A DNA stretch of 64,000 nucleotides, taken from NCBI GenBank assembly GCA_017547145.1, contig JAFYQJ010000017.1, positions 57,936 through 121,935 on the forward strand, in the 5' to 3' direction. Within the stretch, counting starts at the first letter, position 1, and the number at the start of each line of letters is the position of its first letter. Origin of the DNA: Paludibacteraceae bacterium. Its GTDB lineage: Bacteria > Bacteroidota > Bacteroidia > Bacteroidales > Paludibacteraceae. Positions 18,471 through 27,973 of the stretch are shown piece by piece. Under the pieces are notes generated by a model. It saw only the letters and a list, made by a program, of their open reading frames with translations, had not been told where the DNA came from and did no database searches. A program made the position numbers and the translations under genes.

Positions 18471-19207
18471 ACCAACATCAAGTTTGTCAAAATCAGATTA
18501 AACAACAAAATAAGAATACTACTATTAACAACTGCCTTGGTGCTTGCTTTACCAACTTCAAGTGCTCCGCCATAAGCGTAATAACCATAAAATGCAGCAA
18601 CCGAAGTGATGATAAATGCAAATACTAACGACTTTACTATAGCATAAGTGACGTAATAAGGAATAAAAGCATATTGTATCCCATAAATGTAGTCGGAAAC
18701 TGTAATTACGTCAGTAAATGCAGCCACCATATAGCCACCTAGTAGCCCAACTCCCATACTGAAAATAACCAAAAAAGGCATAAGCGTTACAAATGCTATT
18801 ATCTTGGGGAGAATTAAATAGTTTGCCGAATTGACTCCCATAATTTCAAGTGCATCTATTTGTTCTGTTATTCGCATAGTGCCTATTTCCGATGCAATGT
18901 TCGAACCGACTTTTCCCGCTAAAATCAGGCACATGATTGTTGATGAAAATTCTAATAATAGCGTATCGCGAGTTACCAATCCTGTGCTGTAGCGAGGTAG
19001 AAGTGGATTTTCGGTATTAAGTTTGGTTTGTATGGTCATTATTGCACCTATAAATATGGATATGATAATGACAATCCCTAACGAATTTACTCCCAAATTT
19101 TCCATCTCTTTCGGAAGTTGACGGAAAAACATTCGCCATCTGTCAGGCTTTGTAAAAACCGTTTTGATAAGTATAAAATATTGTCCTACTGTTTTTAACC
19201 ATTCCAT
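18467..19207 (-). CDS. ABC transporter permease (MlaE-like)
   Basis: Multi-TM protein whose stop overlaps the ATPase start (4-nt overlap). ATG at 19207 (MEWLKTVGQYF) is preceded by a TATTTTTG box; the longer track ORF runs through the promoter. Confidence 0.8.
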   Translation of the reverse strand: MEWLKTVGQYFILIKTVFTKPDRWRMFFRQLPKEMENLGVNSLGIVIIISIFIGAIMTIQTKLNTENPLLPRYSTGLVTRDTLLLEFSSTIMCLILAGKVGSNIASEIGTMRITEQIDALEIMGVNSANYLILPKIIAFVTLMPFLVIFSMGVGLLGGYMVAAFTDVITVSDYIYGIQYAFIPYYVTYAIVKSLVFAFIITSVAAFYGYYAYGGALEVGKASTKAVVNSSILILLFNLILTNLMLV

Positions 19208-19362
19208 AAAATCTGTGTTTTGCCTACAAAAATACAAAAAAACTATTCGTAAATTTCTATTTAACAATTTTTTGGTCTTTGAGAATAAAAAACACTTGAC
19301 TTTATAAAATTGTTCAAACAATTCTAATTGCATATCTTTGCACATAAATAATTATATAGAAA

Positions 19363-20772
19363 ATGGCGAGAAATAAAAAAGCACTTCCGTTGTTGGAAGA
19401 TGTTGTGGTTTTAGATGTAGCTTCCGAGGGAAAAGCTATCGTGAAAAAAGACGATATGGTGATATTTACACAATATGCTGTTCCGGGCGATGTGGTTGAT
19501 TTGCAGATTACTCGTAAGAAAAATCGATATATGGAAGGTTCTGTCGTTAAGTTGAAGCAACCTTCGGAAAAACGAGTAGAGGCTCCTTGTAGGCATTATG
19601 GAATTTGTGGCGGTTGCAAATGGCAGATTTTACCTTACGAAGAGCAATTGAAATACAAACAAAAACAAGTTGTAGACAACCTAGAACGTATTGGTAAAAT
19701 TCAATTACCTGAAGTTTCGCCTATTTTAGGATCTAAAAAAATATACGGATATCGTAATAAATTGGAATTTACATTTTCGAATAAACGTTGGCGGACGTGG
19801 GAAGAAATTGCTTCAGGAGAGCCAATTACCGATATGGATGCTGTGGGGTTTCATATTCCTAATGCTTTTGACAAGGTATTAGATATAGAGCAATGTTTGT
19901 TGCAAGACGATATAAACAATCGTTTACGAAACGAAATACGCCATTATGCAAAAAAACATCGATTGGAGTTTTTCGATTTGCGAAATCAAAGCGGTTTTTT
20001 ACGTACAATAATGGTGCGTACAACATCTACAGGCGAGTTGATGCTTGTAATGGTGTTCTACAAAGAAGATAAGGCTGTACGTGTGGCTTTAATGAACCAT
20101 ATAGCCGAAATGTTTCCCGAAATAACTTCTCTTTTGTATGTAATTAATTCGAAAGCAAATGATACGATAACCGACCAAGAGGTTCGTTTGTTTAAAGGTA
20201 GCGATTGTATTTACGAACAAATGGAGGATTTGCGTTTTAAAATTGGGCCAAAATCGTTTTATCAAACCAACTCCGAACAAGCTTACGAATTGTATAAAGT
20301 AGTTCGTAACTTTGCAAACTTGACGGGCAACGAACATGTCTACGATTTGTATACAGGTACGGGTACGATTGCCAATTTTGTGGCCAAAAAAGCGAAAAAA
20401 GTAATTGGAATAGAGTATGTTCCTGAAGCTATAGAAGATGCCAAAGTGAACGCTTCGCTAAATGCGATAGAGAATACACTTTTCTTTGCAGGTGATATGA
20501 AAGATATTCTTACCGAAAGTTTTGTGGAAGAATATGGTCGCCCTGATGTTATTATTACTGATCCCCCACGTGCAGGTATGCACGAAGATGTGGTAAATGT
20601 AATTCTCAACGCTGCACCACGACGCATTGTGTATGTAAGTTGTAATCCTGCTACGCAAGCACGCGATTTGGCGTTGCTCGATTGTAAATATCGTGTTACG
20701 GCAGTGCAACCGGTAGATATGTTCCCTCATACGCATCATGTAGAAAATGTAGTTTGTTTAGAGTTGAAATAG
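19363..20772 (+). CDS. rlmD: 23S rRNA (uracil-C5)-methyltransferase RlmD/RumA
   Basis: TRAM N-domain, Fe-S cysteines CRHYGICGGC, SAM motif DLYTGTGTI, and catalytic ITDPPRAG...YVSCNP. Confidence 0.9.
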   Translation: MARNKKALPLLEDVVVLDVASEGKAIVKKDDMVIFTQYAVPGDVVDLQITRKKNRYMEGSVVKLKQPSEKRVEAPCRHYGICGGCKWQILPYEEQLKYKQKQVVDNLERIGKIQLPEVSPILGSKKIYGYRNKLEFTFSNKRWRTWEEIASGEPITDMDAVGFHIPNAFDKVLDIEQCLLQDDINNRLRNEIRHYAKKHRLEFFDLRNQSGFLRTIMVRTTSTGELMLVMVFYKEDKAVRVALMNHIAEMFPEITSLLYVINSKANDTITDQEVRLFKGSDCIYEQMEDLRFKIGPKSFYQTNSEQAYELYKVVRNFANLTGNEHVYDLYTGTGTIANFVAKKAKKVIGIEYVPEAIEDAKVNASLNAIENTLFFAGDMKDILTESFVEEYGRPDVIITDPPRAGMHEDVVNVILNAAPRRIVYVSCNPATQARDLALLDCKYRVTAVQPVDMFPHTHHVENVVCLELK

Positions 20773-20847
20773 TTTTAAAATATTGATAAATAGAATTATA
20801 ATAGAAATAAATAATTAAACAAAAACATATAATTTGAGCTTTATGCT

Positions 20848-20983
20848 CTTATTCTTGGCTCCGTAAACGACCAAAATTTATAAGCAGATGAGAATAAGCA
20901 GGCAGAAGGTTCCGTCTTTGGGCGTGAACTATTTTGTGCTTATTTATCTGCAATGCTTTGGTCGGCTGACGGGGTTGAATAAG
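20848..20983. other. 136-nt rod-like structured element (about 33 bp in five helices)
   Basis: Paired segments are cttattc/gaataag, ccgt/acgg, cgaccaaa/tttggtcg, gcagat/atctgc and aataagca/tgcttatt. GC-enriched relative to the flanks. Lies directly upstream of the HTH gene. Confidence 0.35.
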
Positions 20984-21012
20984 CAAACAAAACGAATGGT
21001 TCCGCTTTTTTT

Positions 21013-21237
21013 ATGTTAACGCCTAAAGAAAATTTACATATCGGCCAGCTTATTCGCAGCAAACTGCACGAACAAGGACGCAGCGTGACGTGGCTTGCTC
21101 GGCAAATTCCTTGCACACGGAATCACATGTACAAAATCTTTCAAAAATCAACCATTGACGTTTCTTTACTTTTGCGTATTTCGTGCGTGATGGACTACAA
21201 CTTTTTTGCCGACTTGTTTCCAAAAGACAATTCTTAA
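21013..21237 (+). CDS. small helix-turn-helix DNA-binding protein
   Basis: 74 aa. IGQLIRSKLHEQGRSVTWLARQIPCTRNHMYKIFQKSTIDVSLLLRIS is an HTH-like pattern. Confidence 0.6.
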   Translation: MLTPKENLHIGQLIRSKLHEQGRSVTWLARQIPCTRNHMYKIFQKSTIDVSLLLRISCVMDYNFFADLFPKDNS

Positions 21238-21403
21238 ATTATCCAAAATGGATACGCAAGTGTATTACTATTGGATAGCATCTGTTTAAATGTTATAAGA
21301 ATATAAAAAATAATTTTGAGCTATATTTTTTTACATAAAGAGGGGTATAAGAAATATAAATAAACAATTTATTATTAATTTATTAATCTTTTAATTAAAA
21401 AAA

Positions 21404-21715
21404 ATGAAAAAATTATTTTTAACAAGTGTTTTGGCTTCAGTAATTATTTTATTTTCAAGTTGTGGAGCCGTTGGTTTAGTCGGTGCTCTTTATACAGGAG
21501 TGACAACTCCAGAGGCAGTAACTAGCAATGAAGTGGGATCTAAAGTAGGAACAGCAAAAGCTACTTCTATTTTAGGACTTATTGCTGTTGGTAATGGAGG
21601 TGTTAATAAAGCTGCTAAAGAAGCAGGTATTACTAAAATTAGCCATGTTGATGTTAAGACTGTAAGTGTCTTGGGTATTTTTACTACTCAAAAGTACTTC
21701 GTTTACGGAGAATAA
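21404..21715 (+). CDS. TRL-like family lipoprotein
   Basis: Lipobox ILFSSC, then GLVGALYTG...SILGLIAVGNGGVNKAAKEAGITKISHVDVKT...FVYGE, which resembles TRL-domain proteins. Confidence 0.65.
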   Translation: MKKLFLTSVLASVIILFSSCGAVGLVGALYTGVTTPEAVTSNEVGSKVGTAKATSILGLIAVGNGGVNKAAKEAGITKISHVDVKTVSVLGIFTTQKYFVYGE

Positions 21716-21777
21716 ATAGTGTTTTTAGCATATAGAAATTCCTCTTGTTTCTATATGCTTTTTTATGTCATAGAATT

Positions 21778-22299
21778 ATGAAAAGATTCGTTTTTTTATT
21801 ATTAGTTTTTGTTTCTATAACGTCGTTTGCAAAGTCAGATTTCTCAGATAAGTATGTTATGCGTTTAAGAGCAAATGATTTGCTTTACTTTATTCTGCCA
21901 AATGAAATAGAAAGTTTAGATAAAAACAAAAGTTTAAAGTTTGATATCACTTATGCAACTTCAGAACAAGACGTAACAATCAATATGAGCATTTTTTCTA
22001 AGCAAGAATTAATAATTGATTCAATAGGTTTAGCTTCAAATAAAAATCTTTTTATAAAAGATTTTAAAATTTTCTATATAGAGAAAGAGGATGGTTGGTG
22101 GTGTCATCGAATTAGTTGTAGAGTGCCTTTTGATTATTTAAAACAAATGTATTTATCAGCAAATTCGTATAAAATAGAAATATATGATAAACAAAAAGTT
22201 TTGACTTATACTTTTTCTGGGAAAACATGGAAAAATGAACAATTATGGATGAATAAGTTATTAGCGTTAATAACACAAAATATTACGAATAAAAGATGA
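21778..22299 (+). CDS. hypothetical secreted protein
   Basis: Signal peptide MKRFVFLLLVFVSITSFA. First gene of a translationally coupled set. Confidence 0.5.
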   Translation: MKRFVFLLLVFVSITSFAKSDFSDKYVMRLRANDLLYFILPNEIESLDKNKSLKFDITYATSEQDVTINMSIFSKQELIIDSIGLASNKNLFIKDFKIFYIEKEDGWWCHRISCRVPFDYLKQMYLSANSYKIEIYDKQKVLTYTFSGKTWKNEQLWMNKLLALITQNITNKR

Positions 22300-22835
22300 T
22301 AATAGCAGTGTTGCCTCTTGTTCTTGTGACATTATTAATTTTTTGTGTTTATAATATTTATATATTAAGTTTTTTCGGTATCCCAGAAAACTTGTCCATG
22401 ACATATTATCATTTGAAAGAAGAAAAAAATAAAGCCTTTTTATTTCCTCTTTTAATATTGATGATGTGTTGTATCTTTTCTCCTGCATGGATTTTTTTAA
22501 ATTCCTATTTCGCTCTTTTTGAAAGGTATACCTCTATCTTGATTTATATTGTTTGTTTAATGATGTTATTTCTGGTTTTACTTTCAGATTATAAAGAGAA
22601 GAAAGTTAGGTTTTATTTACATTATACAGTTGCAATCATATCTTCTATTTGTGAACTCTTATGGATTTTTATTGTTGCTTATAAATATTGGTATATACCT
22701 TTTATGATATTGTTTTTAGCGTTTCTAACAGCATTTTTTACAAAGACACATAAATGTTCTTGTATTTATTGGCTTGAAATAACAGCTTTTCTATCTTTAT
22801 TTATAGTGACCTTTTTGTTATCATTATCTTTATGA
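22296..22835 (+). CDS. hypothetical multi-pass membrane protein
   Basis: At least 5 hydrophobic segments. Its start overlaps the upstream stop (ATGA). Confidence 0.5.
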   Translation: MIIAVLPLVLVTLLIFCVYNIYILSFFGIPENLSMTYYHLKEEKNKAFLFPLLILMMCCIFSPAWIFLNSYFALFERYTSILIYIVCLMMLFLVLLSDYKEKKVRFYLHYTVAIISSICELLWIFIVAYKYWYIPFMILFLAFLTAFFTKTHKCSCIYWLEITAFLSLFIVTFLLSLSL

Positions 22836-23479
22836 ATTTATTGTTTGTCTTATTATCTATTTTTACTGTTTATACGGAAAAAACATTTAAAACAGAGTGT
22901 GTAGTTGAAGTGTATGCTTCGCCAGAAATAGCGAATGTCGTGGTTGATAGTATTATAGTTGATTTTAGAACTAACCCTGAAAATTTATTTTCTTGGGCGT
23001 TTAACGGAGCCGGGAAACAAAATGATAAAGATAAGGATGCATTTTTGATAGATTATAAATCAACTTATTATGATCCAAAAATGGATTATGGTCGTGCAAT
23101 AATAGATGTAATAGTGCCTAAAGTAACAACGTTTAAGAATATTTCTTTAGAAGGAAAGGTGGTTGATGAAATAGGGAACTTATTTGTCTTTGATAAGAAT
23201 TTTGAAATAGATAAGTTCCCATTGAAAGAAATAACAATATATAGTAGACATGTTTTTATTGATGCTACTTATTCTGGAAATTTGATAAAAAAAGCTTACG
23301 GTAATTTGTACATTATACCTGTTTCAGAAAATAAGTGTGTATATTATATGGATATGAATATACGTTTCGGTTGGTTTTTTGATATTTTTATATCAAAGAA
23401 AGTGTATAAAAATACGATGGAATGGAGAATTGAACAGTATATGAAAAATTTAAAAAATACAGCAGAGGGTATTAAATGA
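22832..23479 (+). CDS. hypothetical protein (possibly a lipid-binding fold)
   Basis: Overlapping stop/start with both neighbours. No motif recognised. Confidence 0.45.
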   Translation: MNLLFVLLSIFTVYTEKTFKTECVVEVYASPEIANVVVDSIIVDFRTNPENLFSWAFNGAGKQNDKDKDAFLIDYKSTYYDPKMDYGRAIIDVIVPKVTTFKNISLEGKVVDEIGNLFVFDKNFEIDKFPLKEITIYSRHVFIDATYSGNLIKKAYGNLYIIPVSENKCVYYMDMNIRFGWFFDIFISKKVYKNTMEWRIEQYMKNLKNTAEGIK

Positions 23480-24777
23480 AAAAGTTGTTTTTGTTAATTG
23501 TTTTAATACAAAATCTTATTTCTACAAGTTTTTCGCAGTCGTCTATTTATGTAGATTTTTCTTCTTATAAAAATACTAAAAAAGTTGTAGTTAAAAAAGA
23601 TTTTGGAGATGTCGTAAATTCTTTTGTTGAAGATTTTTTCTCTAATGTATCAAATGATATCATCCCAGGAATTGTGGTGTCTGAAGATTATTGGAAAAAA
23701 GCAAAACAAATATTATCTACAGGCAAAAATACCTTACTTGATAATAATATGGATCAATCAATAGGATTGTTACAAAAATTGCAGGAGAAAATGTTTAGAG
23801 GCTATATTTCCCAAATAAAATGTTCGTATTTGACAATTGATCAAAATGGAAAAGAATTAAGAGCTTCTGGAAAACTTTATCTTCCTAAGTTTGGTATAAT
23901 AAAAGGAATTATAATCGCAAATCATTATACAATAGGTTCAAATAGAGAGGCTCCAAGTGAAAATTTTTGCTTTGAGGCAGTCTTTGCAACAAAAGGATAT
24001 GCGGTTTTAATGGCAGATTATATAGGTTATGGTTTGACAAAAGATAAAATTCATCCGTATTTGCATCTTCAAAGTACAGCACAAAGTGTTGTTGATTTAG
24101 CTTTGTGCGTAAGAGGTTATTTGAATTCGCTTAATAGAGATTTGGCTAGTGATGAAATAATATTGGTAGGTTATTCTCAAGGAGGAGCAGTGACGTTAGG
24201 TGTTCAACAATTAATGGAAAAAGAATATGCGAGTGATTTTAAAATAAAGCATGTTTATGCAGGAGCAGGTCCTTATGATATTGCATCAACGTATGATTAT
24301 TGTATAAATAAAGATGAAACAGGTATTCCCTGTGCAATTCCAATGATTGTACAAGGGCTTAACGAAGGTGATAATTTGGAATTATCTATGGAGTATTTCT
24401 TTCAAAAAAAAATATTAGAAAATTATGACGAATGGATAAATTCAAAACTGTATACGGTTAATTCTATAAATATTTTAATTGGTGAAAATAGATTAACTAA
24501 AATATTAACGCAAGAGGCTCAAGATAAAACTTTAGAAAAAACTTCTATTATTTATGATTCTATGGTTAGGAACTCTATTATAAATTGGAAACCCAAGTCG
24601 CCTGTTTTTTTATTTCATAGCACAACTGATGATATGGTTCCTTTTATTAATAGTAAAAATCTAAAAAAATCATTTGATGATCAAGGTGTAGAATTTGTTT
24701 CTGATTTCTCAGATTATGGTTCTCATATGGTGGCTGCTGTAGAATTTATGAAAAAGGTATATGAAGATTTAGATTGA
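23476..24777 (+). CDS. secreted alpha/beta-hydrolase, lipase-like
   Basis: Signal peptide, nucleophile elbow GYSQGG, and later HSTTDDMVPF and YGSHM (candidate Ser-Asp-His triad). Confidence 0.6.
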   Translation: MKKLFLLIVLIQNLISTSFSQSSIYVDFSSYKNTKKVVVKKDFGDVVNSFVEDFFSNVSNDIIPGIVVSEDYWKKAKQILSTGKNTLLDNNMDQSIGLLQKLQEKMFRGYISQIKCSYLTIDQNGKELRASGKLYLPKFGIIKGIIIANHYTIGSNREAPSENFCFEAVFATKGYAVLMADYIGYGLTKDKIHPYLHLQSTAQSVVDLALCVRGYLNSLNRDLASDEIILVGYSQGGAVTLGVQQLMEKEYASDFKIKHVYAGAGPYDIASTYDYCINKDETGIPCAIPMIVQGLNEGDNLELSMEYFFQKKILENYDEWINSKLYTVNSINILIGENRLTKILTQEAQDKTLEKTSIIYDSMVRNSIINWKPKSPVFLFHSTTDDMVPFINSKNLKKSFDDQGVEFVSDFSDYGSHMVAAVEFMKKVYEDLD

Positions 24778-24780
24778 TTT

Positions 24781-25137
24781 TTAACTTCTAAACATAAAAT
24801 AAACTGCCCCAAGTAAGCAGAGCATAGCCCAAACATAGTCCCATTTAAATGGTTGATGCATGAAAAATATAGAAAATGGGATAAAGACGGATAGAGTGAT
24901 AACCTCTTGAATAATTTTTAGTTGGGGTAGAGTGAAAACGGTAAAACCAATACGATTGGCAGGTACCATTATCATGTATTCGAGTAGGGCTATACCCCAA
25001 CTTGCAAGAGCCGCAATCCACCATGCTTTGCTGGCCATATTACGCAAGTGTCCGTACCAAGCAAATGTCATGAATACATTTGAACATATCAACATCAAAA
25101 TAGTGATGGAGTAAGGGTTGAAAATTGTTTTAAGCAT
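24781..25137 (-). CDS. DMT-superfamily small membrane protein (DUF486-like)
   Basis: 118 aa, 4 TM segments, FMTFAWYGHL motif. Confidence 0.65.
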   Translation of the reverse strand: MLKTIFNPYSITILMLICSNVFMTFAWYGHLRNMASKAWWIAALASWGIALLEYMIMVPANRIGFTVFTLPQLKIIQEVITLSVFIPFSIFFMHQPFKWDYVWAMLCLLGAVYFMFRS

Positions 25138-25146
25138 AGTAGTTGT

Positions 25147-25893
25147 TTAAATAAAAATAGTTTCGGGGTAAATAACGTCGGTTAAGAAAAGACCTTTTGC
25201 GGGAGCAGAAGCTGAAGCAGCACAGCGGTCTTTTTTCTCTATTATTTCACAAAATTCTTTTTCGGAAATAGTGCCTCGTCCCACATTGAGCAAGGTGCCA
25301 ACAATAGCTCTTACCATATTTCGTAGAAATCTGTTAGCTTCTATTGTGAAAATCCATTTTTCGCCGTCGTATTTCCATTCAGCACGAGTTATAGTGCATA
25401 AATTAGTTTTTGTGTCGGTATGCAATTTGCTGAAACTTGTGAAATCGGTGTATTCAAATAGGTGTTTTGCTACAAAATTCATTTTTTCAAAATCTGTGTC
25501 GCTAGGAATCCTATGTGCAAATTGCTCAAGAAATGGATTTTTTTCTGTATAAACGTGATATTCGTATTGCCGTTGCAACGCATCGAAACGTGCATGAGCA
25601 TTTACAGTTGTTTTTCTTATGTCAAGAATAACAATGTCGTTTGGTAAAAAACCGTTGAGTTTCTTTATGAAATTATTATCACAATTGATTTCAGCATCAA
25701 AATGAGCAATCATTTTTTTTGCGTGAACTCCGGCGTCAGTTCTTCCCGCACCAACAATAGGGGTTTCAACTCTTAAAATTGTACTTAATGCTTTTGTGAG
25801 TTCTTCTTGAATGGAAATTCCGTTAGGTTGAACTTGCCAACCATGGTATTTTGTCCCATTATAAGCGAGATAAAGAAAATAACGTTGTGCCAT
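25147..25893 (-). CDS. truA: tRNA pseudouridine(38-40) synthase
   Basis: YDGTKYHGWQVQPN-type N-terminus and catalytic GAGRTDAGVHA. Confidence 0.92.
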   Translation of the reverse strand: MAQRYFLYLAYNGTKYHGWQVQPNGISIQEELTKALSTILRVETPIVGAGRTDAGVHAKKMIAHFDAEINCDNNFIKKLNGFLPNDIVILDIRKTTVNAHARFDALQRQYEYHVYTEKNPFLEQFAHRIPSDTDFEKMNFVAKHLFEYTDFTSFSKLHTDTKTNLCTITRAEWKYDGEKWIFTIEANRFLRNMVRAIVGTLLNVGRGTISEKEFCEIIEKKDRCAASASAPAKGLFLTDVIYPETIFI

Positions 25894-25936
25894 AAATTAA
25901 AAAAAGAACCGATTTTGATTCGGCTCTTTTGCTTAG

Positions 25937-26008
25937 TTGCGGGAGTAGGACTCGAACCTACGACCCTCGGGTTATGAGCCCGATGAGCTACCACTGCTCC
26001 ATCCCGCG
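25937..26008 (-). tRNA. tRNA-fMet (initiator), anticodon CAT
   Basis: The reverse complement CGCGGGATGGAGCAGTGGTAGCTCATCGGGCTCATAACCCGAGGGTCGTAGGTTCGAGTCCTACTCCCGCAA folds as a cloverleaf. It has a C1-A72 mismatch and three G-C pairs in the anticodon stem. No CCA is encoded. Confidence 0.92.
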
Positions 26009-26063
26009 ATGTTTACAAGTGCAAAGATAAAGCGATTTTTGCTTTTTTCCAAATATTTGCGAA

Positions 26064-27137
26064 TTATTTTTTTCTTTTCTTAAAAGCTGCTTGGTATTTT
26101 TGTGCGTTTCTGACGTGTTCTGCGTAGGTAGAGGCAAAGTTGTGCTCCCCATTGAATGTTTCTTTTGCACACATATATAAAAAGGTGCTTTTTTTATAAT
26201 TGAGTACGGCATCAATGCTTTCAATGGAAGGGGTACGTATGGGGCCAGGAGGTAATCCTATGTTTTTGTAAGTGTTGTAAGGAGAGTTTACTTGTGTGTG
26301 CTCGTATAAAACTCTTCGTAGAGAAAAATCGCCAACCGCATATTTTGCAGTAGGGCAGGCTTGTAGAGGCATTTTTATTCGTAATCGGTTTAGGTATAGC
26401 CCTGCAATTATAGGTTTGTCTTTTGCAAGGTTTGTCTCTTCTTCAACGATTGAAGCTAAGGTAATAACCTCGATAGGTGAAAGTTTTATGGAGTCAGCTT
26501 TTGCAAGACGTTTTTCGTTCCAAAATTTCTTAAACTCAAAATTCATTCTTTTTAACAAATCGTTAGGTTTTATATCCCAATAAACTTCATAAGTGTTAGG
26601 TATGAAAAAAGCAATAATTTCTTCTTTTTTTACATTGTATTCTAATAATAAGTTGTTGTCGTTTAGCATATTCATAAAATCAACCGAATCGGCCATGAGT
26701 TGATTGTCGAGTTTTTTGCAAAGTTGCTCTTTTGTGCGGATGTTGTTTAGTTTTAATTTTACTGGAGCTTGGATTTTTCGAGAGAGGTTGTTTATTAAAT
26801 CTTTGTTGCTCATCTCGTTTTTTATTTCGTAGCGACCCGTTTTTATGTTTTGTGTGTATTTTTTTAGCTTAGCCCAGCGTTTAAAAGAGTGTTTGTTTTT
26901 GATGAGTTTTTTTTCTTCTAGTTGTGAAATTATTTCATCAAAAGTTGTGCTCGCATCAATGTAGATATATTCCGATTGTTGTTTTGTTTCAAAGTTTGGC
27001 AGATAATAAGTATAGTATTGGTACCCTAAAAAAAAGATGATGAGGGTTAGAAATCCAACAAAAGCAATGATAATTTTTCTTTTTTTGTTAGATGTATGTT
27101 TGTGTTTATAACTATGTCTGTAGTGGCTTTTTTTCAT
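26064..27137 (-). CDS. mltG: endolytic murein transglycosylase MltG (YceG-like)
   Basis: N-terminal TM anchor and a YceG-like C-terminus (ASIVEEE...NTYKNIGLPPGPI). Confidence 0.85.
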   Translation of the reverse strand: MKKSHYRHSYKHKHTSNKKRKIIIAFVGFLTLIIFFLGYQYYTYYLPNFETKQQSEYIYIDASTTFDEIISQLEEKKLIKNKHSFKRWAKLKKYTQNIKTGRYEIKNEMSNKDLINNLSRKIQAPVKLKLNNIRTKEQLCKKLDNQLMADSVDFMNMLNDNNLLLEYNVKKEEIIAFFIPNTYEVYWDIKPNDLLKRMNFEFKKFWNEKRLAKADSIKLSPIEVITLASIVEEETNLAKDKPIIAGLYLNRLRIKMPLQACPTAKYAVGDFSLRRVLYEHTQVNSPYNTYKNIGLPPGPIRTPSIESIDAVLNYKKSTFLYMCAKETFNGEHNFASTYAEHVRNAQKYQAAFKKRKK

Positions 27138-27253
27138 GATTTTATGATTTTTGAAACAAAATTAGAATTAATTTTTGCATAAAAACATTTTTTTGTTTGA
27201 GAATATCATAATCTTGTTTAATTTTGCAGTCGATTTTTAAAGAAATCAAAAAA

Positions 27254-27340
27254 GGAAGTGTGGGTGAGTGGCTGAAACCACCAGTTTGCTAAACTGACGT
27301 GCGGGTAACCGTACCGGGGGTTCGAATCCCCCCGCTTCCG
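27254..27340 (+). tRNA. tRNA-Ser, anticodon GCT
   Basis: Acceptor GGAAGTG/CGCTTCC, anticodon loop TTGCTAA, long variable arm, T-arm GGGGG-TTCGAAT-CCCCC. A TAATTTTG box lies upstream. Confidence 0.92.
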
Positions 27341-27438
27341 CAGAATGACACGGTAAAAAAAGAAAGAGAAATCTTTCTTTTTTTATTTAGTAGAAAAAGT
27401 TTTACATTTGTAATGATACTTTAAAAAGTTAGAAAATT

Positions 27439-27963
27439 ATGAAAACGAATATTGTTGTAGTTATTATTTCATTGTTGTTGTTAGTTGGGTGTGCATCAAA
27501 ACAGGGAGCTTATTATCCAGTTCCAGAGCCTCGTGTGATAGAAAAAGTTGTTGTAAAAACTGATACAGTATATATAGTTAAGCATGATACAATAGTTTTG
27601 CGTGATACTATAATGTTAAAGGATACCATACGTGTAGAAGCAGAAAAAAAAGTGGAGGTTGCTGAAGAACCTAAAATTAGAGTTTCTGAGGAAAAAATAT
27701 CTTTAGCTGAAGGAGAAGAAAATACAAAGTTGATGGCGATGAAATATCATGTGGTGGTTGGAAGCTTTAAAAACAAGGATAATGCAAAAAAATGTCAACA
27801 AGTATTTGCACCTGCATATTCTCCTACTTTAGTAATAAATGAACAAGGAATGTATCGTGTTATATTATTGTCGTTTGATGATTATGAATCGGCTAAAGTC
27901 GCTATAAAAGATTTGTCGGAAACGTTGCCAAAAGATACTTGGGTATTGCGTCAAAAGCAATAA
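27439..27963 (+). CDS. SPOR-domain lipoprotein
   Basis: Lipobox LLLVGC. C-terminal YHVVVGSFKNKDNAKK...MYRVILLSFDDYESAKVAIKDL has a SPOR-like pattern. Confidence 0.7.
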   Translation: MKTNIVVVIISLLLLVGCASKQGAYYPVPEPRVIEKVVVKTDTVYIVKHDTIVLRDTIMLKDTIRVEAEKKVEVAEEPKIRVSEEKISLAEGEENTKLMAMKYHVVVGSFKNKDNAKKCQQVFAPAYSPTLVINEQGMYRVILLSFDDYESAKVAIKDLSETLPKDTWVLRQKQ

Positions 27964-27973
27964 TAATTTAGCA

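Noticed and set aside
20848-20983. Guanidine-I (ykkC) riboswitch, suggested by GGTTCCG and ACGGGG strings
   Set aside because: There are only short loose resemblances to what I remember of the consensus. The fold is a single rod rather than the two-domain ykkC architecture, and the downstream gene (an HTH protein) is not a typical regulated gene.
20829-21330. Direct repeats ATAATTTGAGCT (20829) and ATAATTTTGAGCT (21313) as att/target-site duplications flanking an inserted HTH cassette
   Set aside because: The second copy contains the ordinary TAnnTTTG promoter box and the first only a near-match (TAATTTGA), and both lie at the expected distance upstream of transcription units. Promoter similarity is the simpler explanation.
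25785-26224. ORFs 25785-25994 and 25988-26224 (minus strand)
   Set aside because: They run through the tRNA-fMet gene and the mltG 3' end, so they are artefacts.
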